Assembly (NCBI GenBank): GCA_964016885.1
Contig: OZ024741.1
Span: 396,552,001 to 396,616,000, forward strand
Length of the DNA: 64,000 nt
Reading direction: 5' to 3'
From: Eledone cirrhosa
Lineage: Eukaryota
A model generated the notes under the pieces. That model ran no database searches, was not told where the DNA came from, and worked only from the letters and a program-made list of their open reading frames with translations. Every line of letters begins with the position of its first letter. The first letter of the stretch is position 1. The translations under genes were made by a program, and so were the position numbers. This document shows, one piece after another, positions 44,690 through 57,500 of this stretch.

Positions 44690-47600
44690 GTGCATCAATC
44701 AGTCACACCACAAGGGTCAAAGTGCATCAATCAGTCACACAACAGGAGTCAAAGTGCATCAATCAGTCACACCACAAGGGTCAAAGTGCATCAATCAGTC
44801 ACACCACAAGAGTCAAAGTGCATCAATCAGCCACACCACAAGGGTCAAAGTGCATCAATCAGTCACACCACAAGGGTCAAAGTGCATCAATCAGTCACAC
44901 CACAAGAGTTAAAGTGCATCAAACAGTCACACCACAAGGGTCAAAGTGCATCAATCAGTCACACCACAAGGGTCAAAGTGCATCAATCAGTCACACCACA
45001 AGGGTCAAAGTGCATCAATCAGTTACACCACAAGAGTCAAAGTGCATCAATCAGTCACACCACAAGGGTCAAAGTGCATCAATCAGTCACACCACAAGGG
45101 TCAAAGTGCATCAATCAGCCACACCACAAGGGTCAAAGTCCATCAATCAGTTACACCACAAGAGTCAAAGTGCATCAATCAGTTACACCACAAGAGTCAA
45201 AGTGCATCAATCAGTCACACCACAAGGGTCAAAGTGCATCAATCAGTCACACCATAAGGGTGGAATTGCATCAATCAGTTACACCACAAGAGTCAAAGTG
45301 CATCAATCAGTCACACCACAAGGGTCAAAGTGCATCAATCAGTTACACCACAAGAGTCAAAGTGCATCAATCAGTTACACCACAAGAGTCAAAGTGCATC
45401 AATCAGTCACACCACAAGAGTCAAAGTGCATCAATCAGTTACACCACAAGAGTCAAAGTGCATCAATCAGTTACACCACAAGAGTCAAAGTGCATCAATC
45501 AGTCACACCACAAGGGTCAAAGTGCATCAATCAGTCACACCACAAGGGTGAAAGTGCATCAATCAGTTACACCACAAGAGTCAAAGTGCATCAATCAGTC
45601 ACACCACAAGGGTCAAAGTGCATCAATCAGTTACACCACAAGAGTCAAAGTGCATCAATCAGTCACACCACAAGGGTCAAAGTGCATTAATCAGTCACAC
45701 CACAAGGGTCAAAGTGCATCAATCAGCCACACCACAAGGGTCAAAGTCCATCAATCAGTTACACCACAAGAGTCAAAGTGCATCAATCAGTCACGCCACA
45801 AGGGTCAAAGTGCATCAATCAGTCACACCACAAGAGTCAAAGTGCATCAATCAGTCACACCACAAGGGTCAAAGTGCATCAATCAGTTACACCACAAGAG
45901 TCAAAGTGCATCAATCAGTTACACCACAAGAGTCAAAGTGCATCAATCAGTCACACCACAAGGGTCAAAGTGCATCAATCAGTCACACCACAAGGGTTAA
46001 AGTGCATCAATCAGTCACACCACAAGGGTCAAATACCTTCAATCAGACACACCACAAGAGTCAAAGTGCATCAATCAGTCACACCACAAGAGTCAAAGTG
46101 CATCAATCAGTCACACCACAAGAGTCAAAGTGCATCAATCAGTCAGACCACAATGGTCAAAATGCATCAATCAGTTACACCACAAGAGTCAAAGTGCATC
46201 AATCAGTCACACCACAAGAGTCAAAGTGCATCAATCAGTCACACCACAAGAGTCAAAGTGCATCAATCAGTCACACCAGAAGGGTCAAAGTGCATCAATC
46301 AGTCACACCACAAGAGTCAAAGTGCATCAATCAGTCACACCACAAGGGTCAAATTCCTTCAATCAGTCACACCACAAGAGTCAAAGTGCATCAATCAGTC
46401 ACACCACAAGAGTCAAAGTGCATCAATCAGTCACACCACAAGGGTCAAATTCCTTCAATCAGTCACACCACAAGAGTCAAAGTGCATCAATCAGTCACAC
46501 CACAAGGGTCAAAGTGCATCAATCAGTCACACCACAGGAGTCAAAGTGCATCAATCAGTCACACCACAAGAGTCAAAGTGCATCAATCAGTCACACCACA
46601 AGGGTCAAATTCCTTAAATCAGTCACACCACAAGGGTCAAAGTGCATCAATCAGTCACACCACAAGAGTCAAAGTGCATCAATCACTCACACCACAAGAG
46701 TCAAAGTGCATCAATCAGTCACACCACAACGGTCAAAGTGCATCAATCAGTCACACCACAAGGGTCAAATTCCTTCAATCAGTCACGCCACAAGGGTCAA
46801 AGTGCATCAATCAGTCACACCACAAGGGTCAAATTCCTTCAATCAGTAACACCACAAGGGTCAAATTCCTTCAATCAGTCACACCACAAGAGTCAAAGTG
46901 CATCAATCAGTCCCACCACAAGAGTCAAAGTGCATCAATCAGTCACACCACAAGAGTCAAAGTGCATCAATCAGTCACACCACAAGGGTCAAAGTGCATC
47001 AATCAGTCACACCAGAAGGGTCAAAGTGCATCAATCAGTCACACCACAAGGGTCAAATTCCTTCAATCAGTCACACCACAAGAGTCAAAGTGCATCAATC
47101 CGTCACACCACAAGGGTCAAATTCCTTCAATCAGTCACACCACAAGAGTCAAAGTGCATCAATCAGTCACACCACAAGAGTCAAAGTGCATCAATCAGTC
47201 ACACACCAAGGTTCAAATTAATTCAATCAGTCACACCACAAGAGTCAAAGTGCATCAATCAGTCACACCATAAGGGTCAAAGTGCATCAATCAGTCACAC
47301 CACAAGTGTCAAATTCCTTCAATCAGTCACACCACAAGAGTCAAAGTGCATCAATCAGTTACACCACAAGGGTCAAAGTGCATCAATCAGTCACACCACA
47401 AGGGTCAAAGTGCATCCATCAGTCACACCACAAGGGTCAAATTCCTTCAATCAGTCACACCACAAGAGTCAAAGTGCATCAATCAGTCACACCACAAGAG
47501 TCAAAGTGCATCAATCAGTCACACCACAAGGGTCAAATTCCTTCAATCAGTCACACCACAAGAGTCAAAGTGCATCAATCAGTCACACCACAAGGGTCAA

Positions 47601-47959
47601 ATTCCTTCAATCAGTCACACCACAAGAGTCAAAGTGCATCAATCAGTCACACCACAAGAGTCAAAGTGCATCAATCAGTCACACCACAAGGGTCAAAGTG
47701 CATCAATCAGCCACACCACAAGGGTCAAAGTGCATCAATCAGTCACACCACAAGAGTCAAAGTGGATCAATCAGTCACACCACAAAAATCAAAGTGCATC
47801 AATCAGTCACACCACAAGGGTCAAAGTGCATCAATCAGTCACACCACAAGGGTCAAATTCCTTCAATCAGTCACACCACAAGGGTCAAAGTGCATCAATC
47901 AGTCACACCACAAGAGTCAAAGTGCATCAATCAGTTACACCACAAGGGTCAAATTCCTT

Positions 47960-50900
47960 CAATCAGTCACACCACAAGAGTCAAAGTGCATCAATCAGTC
48001 ACACCACAAGGGTCAAAGTGCATCAATCAGTCACACCACAAGGGTCAAAGTGCATCAATCACTCACACCACAATGGTCAAAGTGCATCAATCAGTCACAC
48101 CACAAGGGTCAAAGTGCATCAATCAGTCACACCACAAGAGTCAAAGTGCATCAATCAGTCACACCACAAGGGTCAAAGTGCATCAATCAGTCACACCACA
48201 AGGATCAAAGGGCATCAATCAGTCACACCACAAGGGTCAAACTGCATCAATCAGTCACACCACAAGGGTCAAATTCCTTCAATCAGTCACACCACAAGAG
48301 TCAAAGTGCATCAATCAGTCACACCACAAGGGTCAAAGTGCATCAATCAGTCACACCACAAGGGTCAAAGTGCATCAATCAGTCAAACCACAAGGGTCAA
48401 ATTCCTTCAATCAGTCACACCACAAGAGTCAAAGTGCATCAATCAGTCACACCACAAGAGTCAAAGTGCATCAATCAGTCGCACCACAAGGGTCAAATTC
48501 CTTCAATCAGTCACACCACAAGAGTCAAAGTGCATCAATCAGTCACACCACAAGGGTCAAATTCCTTCAATCAGTCACACCACAAGAGTCAAAGTGCATC
48601 AATCAGTCACACCACAAGGGTCAAAGTGCATCAATCAGCCACACCACAAGGGTCAAAGTGCATCAATCAGTCACACCACAAGAGTCAAAGTGCATCAATC
48701 AGTCACACCACAAGAGTCAAAGTGCATCAATCAGTCACACCACAAGGGTCAAAGTGCATCAATCAGTCACACCACAAGGGTCAAATTCCTTCAATCAGTC
48801 ACACCACAAGAGTCAAAGTGCATCAATCAGTCACACCACAAAAGTCAAAGTGCATCAATCAGTTACACCACAAGGGTCAAATTCCTTCAATCAGTCACAC
48901 CACAAGAGTCAAAGTGCATCAATCAGTCACACCACAAGGGTCAAAGTGCATCAATCAGTCACACCACAAGGGTCAAAGTGCATGAATCATTCACACCACA
49001 AGGGTCAAAATGCATCAATCAGTCACACCACAAGGGTCAAAGTGCATCAATCAGTCACACCACAAGAGTCAAAGTGCATCAATCAGTCACACCACAAGGG
49101 TCAAAGTGCATCAATCAGTCACACCACAAGGGTCAAAGTGCATCAATCAGTCACACCACAAGAGTCAAAGTGCATCAATCAGTCACACCACAAGAGTCAA
49201 AGTGCATCAATCAGTCACACCACAAGGGTCAAATTCCTTCAATCAGTCACACCACAAGAGTCAAAGTGCATCAATGAGTCACACCACAAGGGTCGAAGTG
49301 CATCAATCAGTCACACCACAAGGGTCAAAGTGTTTCAATCAGTCACACCACAAGGGTCAAAGTGCATCAATCAGTCACACCACAAGGGTCAAAGTGTTTC
49401 AATCAGTCACACCACAAGAGTCAAAGTGCATCAATCAGTCACACCACAAGGGTCAAAGTGCATCAATCAGTCACACCACAAGGGTCAAAGTGCATCAATC
49501 AGTTACACCACAAGAGTCAAAGTGCATCAATCAGTCACACCACAAGAGTCAAAGTGCATCAATCAGTCACACCACAAGAGTCGAAGTGAATCAATCAGTC
49601 ACACCACAAGGTCAAAGTGCATCAATCAGTCACACCACAAGAGTCAAAGTGCATCAATCAGTCACACCACAAGGGTCAAATTCCTTCAATCAGTCACACC
49701 ACAAGAGTCAAAGTGCATCAATCAGTCACAACACAAGAGTCAAAGTGCATCAATCAGTCACACCACAAGGGTCAAAGTGCATCAATCAGTCACACCACAA
49801 GGGTCAAAGTGCATCAATCAGTCACACCACAAGGGTCAAAGTGCATCAATCACTCACACCACAATGGTCAAAGTGCATCAATCAGTCACACCACAAGGGT
49901 CAAAGTGCATCAATCAGTCACACCACAAGAGTCAAAGTGCATCAATCAGTCACACCACAAGGGTCAAAGTGCATCAATCAGTCACACCACAAGGATCAAA
50001 GGGCATCAATCAGTCACACCACAAGGGTCAAACTGCATCAATCAGTCACACCACAAGGGTCAAATTCCTTCAATCAGTCACACCACAAGAGTCAAAGTGC
50101 ATCAATCAGTCACACCACAAGGGTCAAAGTGCATCAATCAGTCAAACCACAAGGGTCAAATTCCTTCAATCAGTCACACCACAAGAGTCAAAGTGCATCA
50201 ATCAGTCACACCACAAGAGTCAAAGTGCATCAATCAGTCGCACCACAAGGGTCAAATTCCTTCAATCAGTCACACCACAAGAGTCAAAGTGCATCAATCA
50301 GTCACACCACAAGGGTCAAATTCCTTCAATCAGTCACACCACAAGAGTCAAAATGCATCAATCAGTCACACCACAAGGGTCAAAGTGCATCAATCAGCCA
50401 CACCACAAGGGTCAAAGTGCATCAATCAGTCACACCACAAGAGTCAAAGTGCATCAATCAGTCACACCACAAGAGTCAAAGTGCATCAATCAGTCACACC
50501 ACAAGGGTCAAAGTGCATCAATCAGTCACACCACAAGGGTCAAATTCCTTCAATCAGTCACACCACAAGAGTCAAAGTGCATCAATCAGTCACACCACAA
50601 AAGTCAAAGTGCATCAATCAGTTACACCCCAAGGGTCAAATTCCTTCAATCAGTCACACCACAAGAGTCAAAGTGCATCAATCAGTCACATCACAAGGGT
50701 CAAAGTGCACCAATCAGTCACACCACAAGGGTCAAAGTGCATGAATCATTCACACCACAAGGGTCAAAATGCATCAATCAGTCACACCACAAGGGTCAAA
50801 GTGCATCAATCAGTCACACCACAAGAGTCAAAGTGCATCAATCAGTCACACCACAAGGGTCAAAGTGCATCAATCAGTCACACCACAAGGGTCAAAGTGC

Positions 50901-51400
50901 ATCAATCAGTCACACCACAAGGGTCAAAGTGCATCAATCAGTCACACCACAAGAGTCAAAGTGCATCAATCAGTCACACCACAAGGGTCAAATTCCTTCA
51001 ATCAGTCACACCACAAGAGTCAAAGTGCATCAATGAGTCACACAACAAGGGTCGAAGTGCATCAATCAGTCACACCACAAGGGTCAAAGTGTTTCAATCA
51101 GTCACACCACAAGGATCAAAGTGCATCAATCAGTCACACCACAAGGGTCAAAGTGTTTCAATCAGTCACACCACAAGAGTCAAAGTGCATCAATCAGTCA
51201 CACCACAAGAATCGAAGTGAATCAATCAGTCACACCACAAGGTCAAAGTGCATCAATCAGTCACACCACAAGAGTCAAAGTGCATCAATCAGTCACACCA
51301 CAAGGGTCAAATTCCTTCAATCAGTCACACCACAAGAGTCAAAGTGCATCAATCAGTCACAACACAAGAGTCAAAGTGCATCAATCAGTCACACCACAAG
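47960..51400. repeat. Imperfect tandem duplication of about 1.76-1.79 kb
   Basis: ACTCACACCACAATGG at 48061/49852 (+1791). CATGAATCATT at ~48981/~50740 (+1759). GGATCAAAGGGC, AAACTGCA and GTCAAACC are shared. Whole monomers were gained or lost between the copies. Confidence 0.85.
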
Positions 51401-54400
51401 GGTCAAATTCCTTCAATCAGTCACACCACAAGAGTCAAAGTGCATCAATCAGTCACACCACAAGAGTCAAAGTGCATCAATCAGTCACACCACAAGGGTC
51501 AAAGTGCATCAATCAGTCACACCACCAGGGTCAAATTCCTTCAATCAGTCACACCACAAGGGTCAAATTCCTTCAATCAGTCACACCACAAGAGTCAAAG
51601 TGCATCAATCAGTCACACCACGAGGGTCAAAGTGCATCAATCAGTTACAGCACAAGAGTCAAAGTGCATCAATCAGTCACACCACAAGAGTCAAAGTGCA
51701 TCAATCAGTCACACCACAAGAGTCAAAGTGCATCAATCAGTCACACCACAAGGGTCAAAGTGCATCAATCAGTCACACCACAACAGTCAAAGTGCATCAA
51801 TAAGTCACACCACAAGGGTCAAATTCCTTCAATCAGTCACACCACAAGAGCCAAAGTGCATCAATCAGTCACACCACAAGGGTCAAAGTGCATCAATCAG
51901 TCACACCACAAGAGTCAAAGTGTTTCAATCAGTCACACCACAAGGGTCAAAGTGCATCAATCAGTCACACCACAAGGGTCAAAGTGTTTCAATCAGTCAC
52001 ACCACAAGGGTCAAAGTGCATCAATCAGTCACACCACAAGAGTCAAAGTGCATCAATCAGTCACACCACAAGGGTCAAAGTGCATCAATCAGTCACACCA
52101 CAAGAGTCAAAGTGTTTCAATAAGTTACACCACAAGGGTCAAAGTGCATCAATCAGTCACACCACAAGGGTCAAAGTGCATCAATCAGTCACATCACAAG
52201 AGTCAAAGTGTTTCAATCAGTCACACCACAAGGGTCAAAGTGCATCAATCAGTCACACCACAAGGGTCAAAGTGCATCAATCAGTCACACCACAAGGGTC
52301 AAATTCCTTCAATCAGTCACACCACAAGAGTCAAAGTGCATCAATCAGTCACACCACAAAAGTCAAAGTGCATCAATCAGTCACACCACAAGGGTCAAAT
52401 TCCTTCAATCAGTCACACCACAAGAGTCAAAGTGCATCAATCAGTCACACCACAAGGGTCAAAGTGCATCAATCAGTCACACCACAAGCGTCAAAGTGCA
52501 TCAATCAGTCACACCACAAGGGTCAAAGTGCATCAATCAGTCACACCACAAGGGTCAAAGTGCATCAATCAGTCACACCACAAGAGTCAAAGTGCATCAA
52601 TCAGTCACACCACAAGGGTCAAAGTGAATCAATCAGTCACACCACAAGGGTCAAAGTGCATCAATCAGTCACACCACAAGGGTCAAAGTGCATCAATCAG
52701 TCACACCACAAGAGTCAAAGTGCATCAATCAGTCACACCACAAGGGTCAAATTCCTTCAATCAGTCACACCACAAGAGTCAAAGTGCATCAATGAGTCAC
52801 ACCACAAGGGTGGAAGTGCATCAATCAGTCACACCACAAGGGTCAAAGTGTTTCAATCAGTCACACCACAAGGGTCAAAGTGCATCAATCAGTCACACCA
52901 CAAGGGTCAAAGTGTTTCAATCAGTCACACCACAAGGGTCAAAGTGCATCAATCAGTCACACCACAAGAGTCAAAGTGCATCAATCAGTCACACCACAAG
53001 GGTCAAAGTGCATCAATCAGTCACACCACAAGGGTCAAAGTGTTTCAATCAGTCACACCACAAGGGTCAAAGTGCATCAATCAGTCACACCACAAGGGTC
53101 AAAGTGCATCAATCAGTCACACCACAAGGGTCAAAGTGCATCAATCAGTCACACCACAAGGGTCAAATTCCTTCAATCAGTCACACCACAAGGGTCAAAT
53201 TCCTTCAATCAGTCACACCACAAGGGTCAAAGTGCATCAATCAGTCACACCACAAGGGTCAAAGTGTTTCAATCAGTCACACCACAAGGGTCAAAGTGCA
53301 TCAATCAGTCACACCACAAGGGTCAAAGTGCATCAATCAGTCACACCACAAGGGTCAAAGTGCATCAATCAGTCACACCACAAGGGTCAAAGTGCATCAA
53401 TCAGTCACACCACAAGGGTCAAATTCCTTCAATCAGTCACACCACAAGGGTCAAATTCCTTCAATCAGTTACACCACAAGAGTCAAAGTGCATCAATCAG
53501 TCACACCACAAGGGTTAAAGTGCATCAATCAGTTACACCACAAGAGTCAAAGTGCATCAATCAGTCACACCACAAGAGTCAAAGTGCATCAATCAGTCAC
53601 ACCACAAGAGTCAAAGTGCATCAATCAGTCACACCACAAGGGTCAAAGTGCATCAATCAGTCACACCACAACAGTCAAAGTGCATCAATCAGTCACACCA
53701 CAAGGGTCAAATTCCTTCAATCAGTCACACCACAAGAGCCAAAGTGCATCAATCAGTCACACCACAAGAGTCAAAGTGCATCAATCAGTCACACCACAAG
53801 GGTCAAATCCTTCAATCAGTCACACCACAAGAGTCAAAGTGCATCAATCAGTCACACCACAAGAGTCAAAGTGCATCAATCAGTCACACCACAAGGGTCA
53901 AATTCATTCAATCAGTCACACCACAAGAGTCAAAGTGCATCAATCAGTCACACCACAAGAGTCAAAGTGCATCAATCAGCCACACCACAAGGGTCAAAGT
54001 GCATCAATCAGTCACACCACAAGGGTCAAAGTGCATCAATCAGCCACACCACAAGGGTCAAAGTGCATCAATCAGTCACACCACAAGGGTCAAAGTGCAT
54101 CAATCAGTCACACCACAAGGGTCAAAGTGCATCAATCAGTCACACCACAAGGGTCAAAGTGCATCAATCAGTCACACCACAAGGGTCAAAGTGCATCAAT
54201 CAGACACACCACAAGAGTCAAAGTGCATCAATCAGTCACACCACAAGAGTCAAAGTGCATCAATCAGTCACACCACAAGGGTCAAATTCCTTCAATCAGT
54301 CACACCACAAGGGTCAAAGTGCATCAATCAGTCACACCACAAGAGTCAAAGTGCATCAATCAGTCACACCACAAGGGTCAAAGTGCATCAATCAGTCACA

Positions 54401-54599
54401 CCACAAGGGTCAAAGTGCATCAATCAGTCACACCACAAGAGTCAAAGTGCATCAATCAGTCACACCACAAGGGTCAAAGTGCATCAATCAGTCACACCAC
54501 AAGAGTCAAAGTGAATCAATCAGCCACACCACAAGGGTCAAAGTGCATCAATCAGTCACACCACAAGGGTCAAAGTGCATCAATCAGCCACACCACAAG

Positions 54600-57500
54600 G
54601 GTCAAAGTGCATCAATCAGTCACACCACAAGGGTCAAAGTGCATCAATCAGTCACACCACAAGAGTCAAAGTGCATCAATCAGTCACACCACAAGGGTCA
54701 AAGTGCATCAATCAGTCACACCACAAGAGTTAAAGTGCATCAAACAGTCACACCACAAGGGTCAAAGTGCATCAATCAGTCACACCACAAGGGTCAAAGT
54801 GCATCAATCAGTCACACCACAAGGGTCAAAGTGCTTCAATCTGTCACACCACAAGGGTGAAAGGACATCAATTGGTCACACCACAAGAGTCAAAGTACAT
54901 CAATCAGTCACACCGCAAGGGTCAAAGTGCATCAATCAGTCACACCACAAGGGTCAAAGTGCTTCAATCAGTCACACCACAAGAGTCAAAGTGCATCAAT
55001 CAGTTACACCACAAGAGTCAAAGTGCATCAATCAGTCACACCACTAGGGTCAACGTGCATTAATCAGTCACACCACAAGGGTCAAAGTGCATGAATCAGT
55101 CACACCACAAGGGTCAAAGTGCATCAATCAGTCACACCACAAGGGTCAAAGTGCATCAATCAGTCACACCACATGGGTCAAAGTGCATCAATCAGTCACA
55201 CCACAAGGGTCTAAGTGCATCAATCAGCCACACCACAAGGGTCAAAGTGCATCAATCAGTCACACCACAAGAGTCAAAGTGAATCAATCAGCCACACCAC
55301 AAGAGTCAAAGTGCATCAATCAGTTACACCACAAGAGTCAAAGTGCATCAATCAGTCAGACCACAAGGGTCAAAGTGCATCAATCAGTCACACCACAAGG
55401 GTCAAAGTGCATCAATCAGTTACACCACAAGAGTCAAAGTGCATCAATCAATCACACCACAAGGGTCAAAGTGCATCAATCAGTCACACCACAAGGGTCA
55501 AAGTGCATCAATCAGTCACACCACAAGAGTCAAAGTGCATCAATCAGTTACACCACAAGAGTCAAAGTGCATCAATCAGTCACACCACAAGGGTCAAAGT
55601 GCATCAATCAGTTACACCACAAGAGTCAAAGTGCATCAATCAGTCACACCACAAGGGTCAAAGTGCATCAATCAGTCACACCACAAGAATCAAAGTGCAT
55701 CAATCAGTTACACCACAAGAGTCAAAGTGCATCAATCAGTCACACCACAAGAGTTAAAGTGCATCAATCAGTCACACCACAAGGGTCAAAGTGCATCAAT
55801 CAGTCACACCACAAGGGTCAAAGTGCATCAATCAGTCACACCACAAGAGTCAAAGTGCATCAATCAGTTACACCACAAGAGTCAAAGTGCATCAATCAGT
55901 CACACCACAAGGGTCAAAGTGCATCAATCAGTTACACCACAAGAGTCAAAGTGCATCAATCAGTCACACCACAAGAGTCAAAGTGCATCAATCAGTCACA
56001 CCACAAGAGTCAAAGTGCATCAATCAGTTACACCACAAGAGTCAAAGTGCATCAATCAGTTACACCACAAGAGTCAAAGTGCATCAATCAGTCACACCAC
56101 AAGAGTCAAAGTGCATCAATCAGTCACACCACAAGAGTCAAAGTGCATCAATCAGTTACACCACAAGAGTCAAAGTGCATCAATCAGTCACACCACAAGG
56201 GTCAAAGTGCATCAATCAGTCACACCACAAGGGTGAAAGTGCATCAATCAGTTACACCACAAGAGTCAAAGTGCATCAATCAGTCACACCACAAGGGTCA
56301 AAGTGCATCAATCAGTTACACCACAAGAGTCAAAGTGCATCAATCAGTTACACCACAAGAGTCAAAGTGCATCAATCAGTCACACCACAAGAGTCAAAGT
56401 GCATCAATCAGTTACACCACAAGAGTCAAAGTGCATCAATCAGTTACACCACAAGAGTCAAAGTGCATCAATCAGTCACACCACAAGGGTCAAAGTGCAT
56501 CAATCAGTCACACCACAAGGGTGAAAGTGCATCAATCAGTTACACCACAAGAGTCAAAGTGCATCAATCAGTCACACCACAAGGGTCAAAGTGCATCAAT
56601 CAGTTACACCACAAGAGTCAAAGTGCATCAATCAGTCACACCACAAGGGTCAAAGTGCATCAATCAGCCACACCACAAGGGTCAAAGTCCATCAATCAGT
56701 TACACCACAAGAGTCAAAGTGCATCAATCAGTCACGCCACAAGGGTTCAAAGTGCATCAATCAGTCACACCACAAGAGTCAAAGTGCATCAATCAGTCAC
56801 ACCACAAGGGTCAAAGTGCATCAATCAGTTACACCACAAGAGTCAAAGTGCATCAATCAGTTACACCACAAGAGTCAAAGTGCATCAATCAGTCACACCA
56901 CAAGGGTCAAAGTGCATCAATCAGTCACACCACAAGGGTTAAAGTGCATCAATCAGTCACACCACAAGGGTCAAAGTGCATCAATCAGTCACACCACAAG
57001 GGTCAAAGTGCATCAATCAGTCACACCACAAGAGTCAAAGTGCATCAATCAGTCACACCACAAGGGTCAAATTCCTTCAATCAGTCACACCACAAGAGTC
57101 AAAGTGCATCAATCAGTCACACCACAAGAGTCAAAGTGCTTCAATCAGTCACACCACAAGGGTCAAAGTGCATCAATCAGTCACACCACAAGGGTCAAAG
57201 TGCATCAATCAGTCACACCACAAGGGTCAAAGTGCATCAATCAGTCACACCACAAGAGTCAAGGTGCATCAATCAGTCACACCACAAGGGTCAAATTCCA
57301 TCAATCAGTCACACCACAAGAGTCAAAGTGCATCAATCAGTCACACCACAAGGGTCAAAGTGCATCAATCAGTTACACCACAAGAGTCAAAGTGCATCAA
57401 TCAGTCACACCACAAGAGTCAAAGTGCATCAATCAGTCACACCACAAGAGTCAAAGTGCATCAATCAGTCACACCACAAGGGTCAAAGTGCATCAATCAG

